Assembly (NCBI GenBank): GCA_032123355.1 | Contig: JAQBFM010000060.1 | Coordinates: 1-51,189, forward strand | DNA: 51,189 nucleotides | Origin: Lentisphaerales bacterium | GTDB lineage: Bacteria; Verrucomicrobiota; Kiritimatiellia; SPBP01 | Direction: 5' to 3' | Shown: one piece after another, positions 40,731-48,908 of the stretch | Numbering within the stretch: the stretch's first letter is position 1 | How the letters are laid out: every line of letters begins with the position of its first letter | Program-made: the position numbers and the translations under genes | The notes under the pieces: generated by a model | The model's database searches: none | The model's input: only the letters and a program-made list of their open reading frames with translations | Told to the model about the DNA's origin: nothing

Positions 40731-41611
40731 GACTGGGTCTGAGGATCGACGTCGATACACTGCGCGGCACCATCAAGGGTGTGCCCAGCCTCTGCAAGAC
40801 CCTCGCCGACTCTGCAACAGCCGCAACTTTCTTCTTCTCCGTCGGCCCCGACAACATGGGCCGTCACCTCTGGCGTCTTTTCCGCCCCGCTTTTTTCAGG
40901 AAGATGCTCAGGACAAAGGCCACCAGCCTTTACGGCTGGGACATTCTCCTGCGCGGCACCTTCTGGCCGGGTCCCATCATAGGCAACAGGGCAGGGGCCA
41001 TCATTCGTGCCGCCTCCCAAACCCGTCACGAAATCGGCTTGCACGCATGGGACCATCACCGCTGGCAAGCCCGGATAGACCGCATGTCCGCGGCCCACAT
41101 AAAGAGCCAGCTCCAGCGTGGCATCAATATGCTCAGCACCATCACCGGCCACGCCCCAACATGCTCAGCCGCGCCCGCCTGGAAGTGCAACAATCAGGTG
41201 CTTACCGCCCAAGCCCAGTTCCCCTTTCGTTACAACAGCGACTGCAGAGGCCGTGAAATCTTTATACCCGTCATTGAAGGCGTCCCATCATCTCAACCCC
41301 AGGTCCCTGTCACACTGCCGACATATGATGAGACCATAGGCACAGGTGGCATCACCCCCCGGAACTACAACGACCATCTCCTGTCCCTGCTTGTTCCCGA
41401 CAAGCTCAACGTCCTTACCATCCATGCCGAAGTTGAGGGCATCGCCTGTGCCGACATGTTTCGCCGTTTCATCCAGGCTGCTCTTGCCAGGGGAATCACC
41501 ATTGTTCCCCTCGGCCAGTTACTTGGCCATTCCGCGCCCACCCTCCAATCTTCCATCGAGCCCCAGACCTTCTCAGGCCGTGAAGGCTGGATGGCGGTCC
41601 AGTCCCCCTAG
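40727..41611 (+). CDS. arnD: Undecaprenyl-phosphate-Ara4FN deformylase
   Basis: [43 protein letters not shown]. Confidence 0.95.
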   Translation: MRLGLRIDVDTLRGTIKGVPSLCKTLADSATAATFFFSVGPDNMGRHLWRLFRPAFFRKMLRTKATSLYGWDILLRGTFWPGPIIGNRAGAIIRAASQTRHEIGLHAWDHHRWQARIDRMSAAHIKSQLQRGINMLSTITGHAPTCSAAPAWKCNNQVLTAQAQFPFRYNSDCRGREIFIPVIEGVPSSQPQVPVTLPTYDETIGTGGITPRNYNDHLLSLLVPDKLNVLTIHAEVEGIACADMFRRFIQAALARGITIVPLGQLLGHSAPTLQSSIEPQTFSGREGWMAVQSP

Positions 41612-41620
41612 CCGCATCCG

Positions 41621-41708
41621 CTTGTCCTGAGCGTAGTGAAGGGCTGCATTTCTTGCAGTTTCCTTGATTATTGGATTTGAGTGTTGGATATTGGATATTC
41701 AATCAGTT
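41621..41708 (+). repeat. Repeat module cluster 1: REP-like 29-mer plus CAGTT-delimited TTGGATA heptamer module
   Basis: CTTGTCCTGAGCGTAGTGAAGGGCTGCAT (41621-41649; 26/29 identical to 43247-43275); CAGTT at 41656 and 41704 flanking TTGGATATTGGATATT. Confidence 0.8.
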
Positions 41709-41738
41709 CCTCACCTGACCGCGTTGTTGGCCTTCGGT

Positions 41739-41882
41739 ATGGTGGGTGTGGGTTTGCCAGCAGTGATGCGGTGCGGATTTTCCTCCAGAGGCGGACAGGT
41801 GTGCGAAAAGCGACGCGGCCATATCACCTCATCCGCCCCTGGAGGAAAACCCGCAATGCAGTGTTGGCAGGCCAACCACCAT
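41739..41882. repeat. Long imperfect inverted repeat (about 145-nt hairpin)
   Basis: 41772-41795 pairs with 41832-41855 (22/24); outer ATGGTGG/CCACCAT and intermediate stems extend it. Confidence 0.8.
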
Positions 41883-41915
41883 CAGGCTTGAACGACACAC
41901 ACGAGCTAAGCTGAG

Positions 41916-43220
41916 CTAAGCGGAAGCCTGCGGCGCGGGCCGCAAGTTCCTCGGCTCCTTGAAGCCGCGCAGAAGAACGAGCGACCACACCATCATCGCC
42001 GCCGACAGCAGCGCCGGAATCGTGAAGCTTACGAAATACGCGCGGACAATAGCGCTCGCCGCGACTGCCGTCAGCATCGCCGGCAGCATCACCGCCGATA
42101 CAATCGCGAGGTATGTCGGCCGCCTGCGTGGCGGACAGATCTCCAGCCGCACCGTTGCGTCCCCGATCAGATTCAGCTCAAACGCAAGGCCCAACAGGAA
42201 GAACAGCACCATGAACACTGCGTTACTCTTCGTCATTATCGCAAGCAAGCAGGAGCCAATGTAGATTGTCCGCGAAATCGCCATCAGGATCTTGCCGCCG
42301 CACCGGTTTCCCAGCCAGCCTGCAAAGAAATTGCCGGTCAGCCCGCCGGTCATCTGCGACGAGACGAGCAGGCCCAGAAACGCTTCAGGCTCCCCCGTGG
42401 CATCCAGTGCATGTATCCCCAGGAACGGCAGCATGATGAAGATACCCTTCGAGCAGGCGCTCGCGCCAATGAACGCACGGACCTGAGGCTCGCTACGTAT
42501 CAGGCCGGGCAACTCACGCATATAGGCAAGAAAAGGACGGCGTTGCGTGTCCGCATGTTCACGGCGAGGCGGCTCCCTGATAAGCGCAAAGATGCCGTAC
42601 GACATCATCATCAGCGCAACAACAATCGCGTGCAGAATCCCGTAACCCGTTGTCCCCGGGTAGCGGGCCAGCACCAGCTTTATCGTCATGCCCGCCACAA
42701 TCCCGACAACTGATCCAATAATTGACCTCAGCGCCCAGACCGAAGCCATGCGTTCCTTGGGTATTACGTTTGCCGTCAGCTCCTGCCATGCGCTGAAGCC
42801 AATCCCGCCCGTGACTCCCGAGAGGAACGGGGCCAGTGCCACCAGCGACAGCGTAAGCAGCGGACGAGACGTTCCGAACATGAACAGGCTCAGCATCGCC
42901 AGCAGAAATGGAATCCTCTGAAAGGCGCCCGTGATCAGGACCAGTGGTTTCACCCGGTGAAGCCGTTCCACCAGATGTGATGTAAAAAGAGACGGCCATG
43001 CGATGCCCAGCATCATCATCATAGGCATCAGCGCTATCAGCCAGGTGGGACCGTTCAACGAGCGGATCATTACCGGCATCACCGTTTGTGCCGAGAGGAA
43101 AGTCATCGCGCCGATGAACAGCCCGCCCTCGATGCCGTGTGCGAGATGGTTGTTCCTCGCAATGCGCCTCGCGTCCGCGCCCGGCTCCCTTTGTGCCTTC
43201 TTGTCACTATTGGCGTTCAT
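41916..43220 (-). CDS. MFS transporter
   Basis: About 12 hydrophobic helices, GWLGNRCGGK loop motif, PPRRRPTY, KEPR terminus. Confidence 0.85.
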   Translation of the reverse strand: MNANSDKKAQREPGADARRIARNNHLAHGIEGGLFIGAMTFLSAQTVMPVMIRSLNGPTWLIALMPMMMMLGIAWPSLFTSHLVERLHRVKPLVLITGAFQRIPFLLAMLSLFMFGTSRPLLTLSLVALAPFLSGVTGGIGFSAWQELTANVIPKERMASVWALRSIIGSVVGIVAGMTIKLVLARYPGTTGYGILHAIVVALMMMSYGIFALIREPPRREHADTQRRPFLAYMRELPGLIRSEPQVRAFIGASACSKGIFIMLPFLGIHALDATGEPEAFLGLLVSSQMTGGLTGNFFAGWLGNRCGGKILMAISRTIYIGSCLLAIMTKSNAVFMVLFFLLGLAFELNLIGDATVRLEICPPRRRPTYLAIVSAVMLPAMLTAVAASAIVRAYFVSFTIPALLSAAMMVWSLVLLRGFKEPRNLRPAPQASA

Positions 43221-43471
43221 CTGTGTCTATCCGTGTTCATACGTGGCTTGCCCTGAGCATAGTGAAGGGTTGCATGTTCTTGTATTGCGTTGTCCTGCAG
43301 TTCTTGGCGTTCTTCGCGATCTTGAGCGCGCCAGCGCGGGTGTAAGAATTCGCAGTTTCTATCCTCTATCCTCTATCAGTTCCCCCTCATCCCTCAGCCT
43401 TCCGCCTTCATCCATCATCTATCAGTTCCCCCCACACCCCCACACAGTCAGTTCTCTGCGTCTCTGCGCGA
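43216..43471 (+). repeat. Repeat module cluster 2: CAGTT-punctuated short-tandem-repeat array
   Basis: CAGTT at 43298, 43353, 43377, 43423, 43449; 43321-43381 is 60/61 identical to 46222-46282. Confidence 0.85.
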
Positions 43472-43578
43472 AAATGGCTTTTGTCCCGAAAAGCCGAAAC
43501 TCTACCACACACTGCTTGAATATCCAGCAGCATGTAGGGCCTTGCACTTTGCCTGTTGGCGCTGACGTGGTATGTTCA

Positions 43579-43917
43579 ATGCACGCCATGCCGACCAGGC
43601 CACCAACCCAATTCGAGCTGCGTGTCTATCGCGCAACCACGAAGATTCCCCGGGGCCGCGTAACAACCTACGGGCTCCTGGCCAGGCACATCCGATGCCG
43701 CTCCGCGCAGGCCATCGGCCAGGCATTAAGCAGGAACCCCTTCGCCCCCGAAGTGCCTTGCCATCGTGTAATAGCCTCCGACATGACACTCGGCGGGTTC
43801 GCCGGTCGAAGCGGCGGCAAAACGGTTGCCCGCAAGAATGAACTCCTTGCGGCCGAAGGTGTCGAGTTCAGGACCGGCCGACTGCTCGACCCAGAACGCC
43901 GACTCTATCGGTTCTGA
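43579..43917 (+). CDS. Single-domain MGMT (O6-alkylguanine DNA alkyltransferase) family protein
   Basis: IPRGRVTTYG, AIGQALSRNP, PCHRV active site, LGGF; start ATG 43579 or 43588. Confidence 0.88.
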   Translation: MHAMPTRPPTQFELRVYRATTKIPRGRVTTYGLLARHIRCRSAQAIGQALSRNPFAPEVPCHRVIASDMTLGGFAGRSGGKTVARKNELLAAEGVEFRTGRLLDPERRLYRF

Positions 43918-44040
43918 CCCGAACATCCGCGCCAGCGCTCAAGAAAAAGGATTGTCGACCTGTTCACTGCCGAATATCATATCAGGCATATCGTGAGCGG
44001 CGGACACAACCGTCTCGCCCGGCTTCATAAGGAGACAAGT

Positions 44041-44445
44041 ATGCGCCTGTGGTTCAGTCTGGCAATTCTCCCTTTACTTGCAGTATCCGTCATGTTGTGC
44101 GGATGTGACGGTGGTGGTTCCACGGATAGCGGCCCCGTGCCGCGAGTCATCTCAGGCACATGGCTGTCTTCATGTCTCTTCAATGGCACGCCGAATTCTG
44201 TAACGCTTCTCCTGCACGAAAACAACGGCCGGATTACGGGCATCTGGGATGGCTACCTCATCAGTGGCACATCCTCCGGAAACGAGGTTGCCATTGTCTA
44301 CAACACCGTTTCCGCCGATGGCTTGCCAATGGCCGTATATCTTGACGGCGCCATTGAAGGCAACGAGATGAGCGCCACGATAACCCTAAGCGTCAATGGT
44401 CAGGAGGCATCAGATATCTCCTGTGTCCTGGAACGCCAGCCGTAG
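44041..44445 (+). CDS. Putative lipoprotein
   Basis: AAGGAG SD, signal peptide ending LCGC, Gly/Ser linker, ISGTW beta-rich domain. Confidence 0.7.
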   Translation: MRLWFSLAILPLLAVSVMLCGCDGGGSTDSGPVPRVISGTWLSSCLFNGTPNSVTLLLHENNGRITGIWDGYLISGTSSGNEVAIVYNTVSADGLPMAVYLDGAIEGNEMSATITLSVNGQEASDISCVLERQP

Positions 44446-44531
44446 ACTTCGTCGTTTCAACGGGATGGGCCGGTAGGGGTTGCCGGAGTGGGTCGGGCGG
44501 TAATCACGCGAATAACGAACGGAACATAATC

Positions 44532-45833
44532 ATGTCAAACACAATTGATCCCAGCCGACAGTCGGAACTCGTGCAGGAATTCCTCTACGCATGTGCTTTC
44601 TGGATCGTCGCCGCCGACGAAGAACTCAAGCCTGGTGAACAGACCTGGCTCAACAGTCAGTTCGGCAAGCAGCGAAACGATGAGCTCCTTATTCAATTCT
44701 CCGCACTCGAAGGCGACCGGTTCTTCCAGGTCCTGGACGATCTTGCCCGGGCAGTGGACGACTCCGCAAAGCGCAGTATTTACCCGGGACTCATCTCGTG
44801 GCTTCAATCCTGCTGCGGTCAAGATGGGGACATGGGCAATGCCGAAACAGATGTCCTGGTCGAACTCAAGAAACGACTATCGCTTGACACTGAAATCCGC
44901 AGGCTCACCACCGTCGTCAGTTCCGAAGAGGACACACCCACCCAGGACGAAAGGGCCGAGACCCGAATTCTGCGCGGACACACCGGCGAAGTATACGACG
45001 TCTCCTTCAGTCCCGACGGCGCCACATTTGCATCCGCATCCGAAGATGCAACCCTCAAGCTGTGGAATGCCGTCAGCCTCGAAGAAATCAGGACACTCGC
45101 CGATCATTCGAACGGCGTAATGCGCCTGAAACACTCGCCCGACGGCAACCGACTCTATTCCGGCGACAGGAGCGGAAAGATCAACATGTGGAACGCCACG
45201 GACGGCTCGCTTCTCGCGAGCCACACGCTCAAACGACAGGGCGGCGTCACCAGCATGGCCATTGCGCCCGACGGCAAGATGCTCGTTGTCGGCACCGAGG
45301 TCGGTCGGGTCATATTACTCGATGCCGACAGCCTGACAGAATCCCGGACTCTCACGCTCCAGCATAGCGGGGTCATCCGGTCCCTATGTCTCAGCATGAA
45401 CGGCAAAACAATCGTCACCGGTGGTGACGACAAGATCGTGCGCACATGGAACGTGCAAACCGGCTCTGTTGAAAAGGAACTCGACGGGCACGAGGACGGA
45501 GTCCTTACCCTGTGCGCTACGGCCGACGGCAAGCGAGTCCTGTCCGGGGCCAGGGACAACACCGTCAAGTTATGGGACCTTGCCGAGGGCAAGGCAATTC
45601 GCACTTTCGTGGGACACTCCTTCAGCGTCTACGGTGTCGATCTCAGCAGGGACGGCAAACTCTGCGTATCCGGATCCTGGGATCACACCGTCAGGCTATG
45701 GAGCATAGAATCCGGTCAGCAACTTGTTGTCTACGAGGATTACTCAAGCCGATTCAACACCGTCGCATTCGACGCCGACGCCACCCTCATCATCGCAGCC
45801 TCCTCCGCCGGCACTATTCATTGCCTTCGCTAG
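44532..45833 (+). CDS. WD40-repeat protein with helical TerB-like N-terminal domain
   Basis: About seven GH...W[DNS] repeats (e.g. [27 protein letters not shown]); N-terminus has AD.E...E and DG....E pattern. Confidence 0.85.
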   Translation: MSNTIDPSRQSELVQEFLYACAFWIVAADEELKPGEQTWLNSQFGKQRNDELLIQFSALEGDRFFQVLDDLARAVDDSAKRSIYPGLISWLQSCCGQDGDMGNAETDVLVELKKRLSLDTEIRRLTTVVSSEEDTPTQDERAETRILRGHTGEVYDVSFSPDGATFASASEDATLKLWNAVSLEEIRTLADHSNGVMRLKHSPDGNRLYSGDRSGKINMWNATDGSLLASHTLKRQGGVTSMAIAPDGKMLVVGTEVGRVILLDADSLTESRTLTLQHSGVIRSLCLSMNGKTIVTGGDDKIVRTWNVQTGSVEKELDGHEDGVLTLCATADGKRVLSGARDNTVKLWDLAEGKAIRTFVGHSFSVYGVDLSRDGKLCVSGSWDHTVRLWSIESGQQLVVYEDYSSRFNTVAFDADATLIIAASSAGTIHCLR

Positions 45834-45868
45834 TCCGCTGCCTGCGAAACACCGAATATGCAAACAAA

Positions 45869-46213
45869 GAACTACTGTCCACGAATCTACACGAATAAAT
45901 GCAGAACCACGGATGGACACGGATAAATGCACACGCTATGAGGAACAGGATGGAGCTCGTTTACAGATATGGCGGAGCATGAACCTGACCCGTTGAGCCG
46001 CGGATCCCGCGAAGCGGGATCCAGCAATGGCATCAGGAGCTGAGCCGGGAAACAGGTTTCCCTGCGCAGTTCCTGACTGCCATGCGCCCCGATTCATAGG
46101 GGCGCGGCTCAACGTACCTTCAGATTCTTGCCCGGCATCGTGTTCGCCGAAGGCGGGCTCTGGTGCTGGGCCCCATTCGTGTCTATTCGTGTGATTCGTG
46201 GGCAAGGCAGTTC
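45869..46213. mobile_element. MITE-like element with imperfect inverted arms made of CACGAAT repeats
   Basis: Left GAACTACTGTCCACGAATCTACACGAATA (45869-45897) versus reverse complement of 46184-46213, GAACTGCCTTGCCCACGAATCACACGAATA. Confidence 0.55.
45991..46114. repeat. REP doublet (REPIN/BIME-like) cruciform
   Basis: CGTTGAGCCGCG / CGCGGCTCAACG ends, each with its own hairpin (GGATCCCGCGAAGCGGGATCC; GCGCCCCGATTCATAGGGGCGC), inner stem and GGGAAAC/GTTTCCC core. Confidence 0.75.
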
Positions 46214-46365
46214 TTAGCGCCCTTGAGCGCGCCAGCGCGGGTGTAAGAATTCGCAGTTTCTATCCTCTATCTTCTATCAGTTACTCCCACACTCCCACAC
46301 CCACATACTCCCACACAGGCAGTTCCCCATCCTCTATCCTCTATCAGTTACCCACACACGCAGTT
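46175..46365 (+). repeat. Repeat module cluster 3: CAGTT-punctuated short-tandem-repeat array
   Basis: CAGTT at 46208, 46254, 46278, 46320, 46345, 46361 separating TCCTCTA, CTCCCACA and other modules. Confidence 0.88.
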
Positions 46366-46366
46366 C

Positions 46367-47518
46367 CTAAACAGTCCCACTCTTCAGGAACTCATGGTTC
46401 ACTGGTGCGGTCACTGTCTTTCCATTTGTCGAAACGAATGTTGCGCTGCCGACCCCGAAACTCACCGATGCCACCTCGTCAAAACCGCGCGGCACCTTCA
46501 CCACGCCCTGGATATAGTTTACTGATGTCGGACGTTTTGCAGAAAGCACAGCAGCCGTCGGGATGCCCGCATCTGAAACCGGATTCGCGCCGACCGATGC
46601 CGCCAGCCCTTCGGCGAAATATGCACACACATCTTCAAGTCCCAGGCACCGGTTTCGCCCGTCCCATGGAGGCTCATGCCTGCCATGATTCGAAATCCAG
46701 AATACTGTTGCCGGCAAAACCGCCGGATCCTTCAGTGAAAACCAGGCATACCCAGCCTTCCGATTCACTGCCACCGTCCAAGCCGGATCCGTGCCGCGAC
46801 GATTGAAAACCGACAGCAGATCCGTGAAACCTTCTCGAACCGGAAACTCAGTGCAATCCCCGTATGCAGGCTTCTTCCAGAGCAGCGGCACCTTCTTCAG
46901 GCTGCCGAACTTTTCGTTTATCGCAAGCGACTGGTATTCACGTCCCGCCGGGTTGCTGAAAAGGGTGGGGGCCGTCATTCCGAACACGATCGGACTCGTC
47001 GACACCTTCACACAGCCCGGTGTCTCTGGAATCGCCAGCGTTGCGTGATGACCCAGCGGCATCCGGCCATTAATCCCTTCAACCACGTCTTTGCAGTAAA
47101 CAACATTATGCCCGTCCACCAGCGCCAGTTCCTTTGTCACCCAGCCACGCCTGACCTTTGCAGCAAGCGTCAGCCGGATCGATGTCACGCCGCCACTGGA
47201 CTGCACGCCCGCCAGCTTCCATTTCGAGCCCGCCGGTTCGCCATGGACATCGTGCTGTTCGCCCTTCCACTTCTCGACGTTCGCGCCGAAAGGAAGACAG
47301 AAGAAATCGCCCCGTAACGGACGCAACACCGGCACCGGCAGTTTCCGGTGTTCGTCCTGCCATGGGCTTATGTAATACGGCTGAACCGGCGTGCGGCCCG
47401 CGCGATAGAACTTCACCGGGGCCATGTGCCCGCCCAGTTCCGTGACCGCCAACTCCACATCTTTGCTCAGAATGATCCAGGAAGGCTGACCTGCAATGAT
47501 TTTCCGGACTGGTTTCAT
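46367..47518 (-). CDS. Conserved hypothetical protein, probable galactose-mutarotase-like fold
   Basis: ATG 47518 with AAGGAG; GGHMAPV, LRGDFFCLPFG, HGE, GHHATL, PWDGR..CLGLED. Confidence 0.7.
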   Translation of the reverse strand: MKPVRKIIAGQPSWIILSKDVELAVTELGGHMAPVKFYRAGRTPVQPYYISPWQDEHRKLPVPVLRPLRGDFFCLPFGANVEKWKGEQHDVHGEPAGSKWKLAGVQSSGGVTSIRLTLAAKVRRGWVTKELALVDGHNVVYCKDVVEGINGRMPLGHHATLAIPETPGCVKVSTSPIVFGMTAPTLFSNPAGREYQSLAINEKFGSLKKVPLLWKKPAYGDCTEFPVREGFTDLLSVFNRRGTDPAWTVAVNRKAGYAWFSLKDPAVLPATVFWISNHGRHEPPWDGRNRCLGLEDVCAYFAEGLAASVGANPVSDAGIPTAAVLSAKRPTSVNYIQGVVKVPRGFDEVASVSFGVGSATFVSTNGKTVTAPVNHEFLKSGTV

Positions 47519-48143
47519 TGTTACTCCTTCTCGTTTGCAGCGTTCTGTCAATGACTCTGTCCATCACAGGGCAATCAATTCTATGTCAACGACTGGCAGC
47601 AGAACCGCCGATCTCCCCCCTTTTTCAATATCCAATATCCAACGACGCGCCTGAGATTCCGGCGGGTTACCGACGGCAATCTCCAGTCGTCTGGTTCGCA
47701 CATTCCCCCGATCATGTCAATGGCCGTCGGCTTCGCCTCGGCCCTCACATCGACTAAGCAGGTCGATTAAGCGTATCCGACGAAGGGCGGGATTACGTGT
47801 GCGAGTGAGTGTCTGCACACTTCCCTCCTACACTTCATCGATCCACTTCGTCTCCACACTTACTCGGTTACGCTTAGACGACCCACTTGATCGATCCAAT
47901 CTTTCATGCCAACAAGGAATGTGCAAGTTTCAAGGTTGCGAAGCAGAATGCAGTATCCTTGGTCATTGGATATTCAGAGTATTCCCATTCTCCATGACCC
48001 GGGTGACGGTCCCCTTGTCCAATTGCGCAGATGCCAACTCTTCAACTTCTTGACTCTTCTGTCAAGCCCTCCGATACTGTCGCCAAGAAGTGACAGGGTA
48101 ATGGCAGTTCACTCAACGAGCATGAACACAGAGAGAATGGATG

Positions 48144-48211
48144 CAGGTGGGCCGTGCTGTCCCAGCACGGCCGTCTCTCCCCGCCCGCGCCGGGACGGCA
48201 CGGGCCACCTG
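48144..48211. repeat. REP-like inverted doublet
   Basis: CAGGTGGGCCGTGCTGTCCCAGCACGGCC ... GCCCGCGCCGGGACGGCACGGGCCACCTG. Confidence 0.75.
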
Positions 48212-48280
48212 TCTCAAGGACAGAAGCGAGGACGCGCACGGTGAGACTCCCGTTGTACCGACATCTTTCTGCCATCGCGT

Positions 48281-48308
48281 GTCAACCGGTTCGACGCTGC
48301 CGACGTAT
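48281..48308 (+). promoter_or_regulatory. ECF-type promoter, probably autoregulatory
   Basis: AAC (48284-48286)-N17-CGT (48304-48306), the general ECF pattern, about 30 bp upstream of the sigma gene. Confidence 0.55.
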
Positions 48309-48338
48309 TAACAGTTAAAGAGAAGGAACCATCCCGGG

Positions 48339-48908
48339 ATGGAAAAGAGCGACGAAGCATTGATCATTGCACATACCCAGGGCGATCAGCATGCATTTGG
48401 CGAGTTGGTAGGCCGCCATACCATGTCCTTGATGAGCTACTTGTGGCGTGTCACCGGTAACCGGCAGCAGGCCGAAGATGTGTTCCAGGAAACATTTCTT
48501 CGCGTGCACAGGGGGGCGGGTAGATTTCGACCGGGCTCCAGTTTCAAGCCGTGGCTTTTCACCATTGCTACACGCGTCGCAATTGACGGCATACGCCACG
48601 ACTCGCGCAGACCCATGAGCACACAGGTCAGTCATGACAGGGCAGACCGGATCGAACAGAGCGATCCCGCACCTGATCCGCGTCTCGCCGCATCAATTTC
48701 TGAGCAGAAACAGGCCGTGCAGCGGGCCATCAGCTCGCTCGCACCCCGGCAACGAGTTGCCTTGATCCTTTCCTATTATGATGGACTCAGCTATCCCAAC
48801 ATAGCCGACATCATGAAATGCTCCGTCGGTACCGTGAAGACTCATATGGCCCGGGCCCTTCGCACATTAGCCAGGCTCCTGCCTGAGCCACAGGACGGTA
48901 AAGCATGA
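48339..48908 (+). CDS. ECF RNA polymerase sigma factor
   Basis: AEDVFQETF, FKPWLFTIA, region 4 GLSY..IA..M.CSVGTVKTHM.RA. Confidence 0.95.
   Translation: MEKSDEALIIAHTQGDQHAFGELVGRHTMSLMSYLWRVTGNRQQAEDVFQETFLRVHRGAGRFRPGSSFKPWLFTIATRVAIDGIRHDSRRPMSTQVSHDRADRIEQSDPAPDPRLAASISEQKQAVQRAISSLAPRQRVALILSYYDGLSYPNIADIMKCSVGTVKTHMARALRTLARLLPEPQDGKA

Noticed and set aside
43003-43578. Long N-terminal extension of the MGMT ORF; also ORF 46198-46806
   Set aside because: These frames translate antisense MFS sequence and the repeat arrays; the shared peptide LERASAGVRIRSFYPLSSIS just reflects the 61-bp DNA repeat.
45950-45982. MELVYRYGGA mini-ORF as remnant of a cargo gene
   Set aside because: Too short to support any homology claim.
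43298-46365. CRISPR array interpretation of the punctuated repeats
   Set aside because: The constant part is only 5-6 bp, intervening lengths are irregular and low-complexity, and there are no cas genes in the window.
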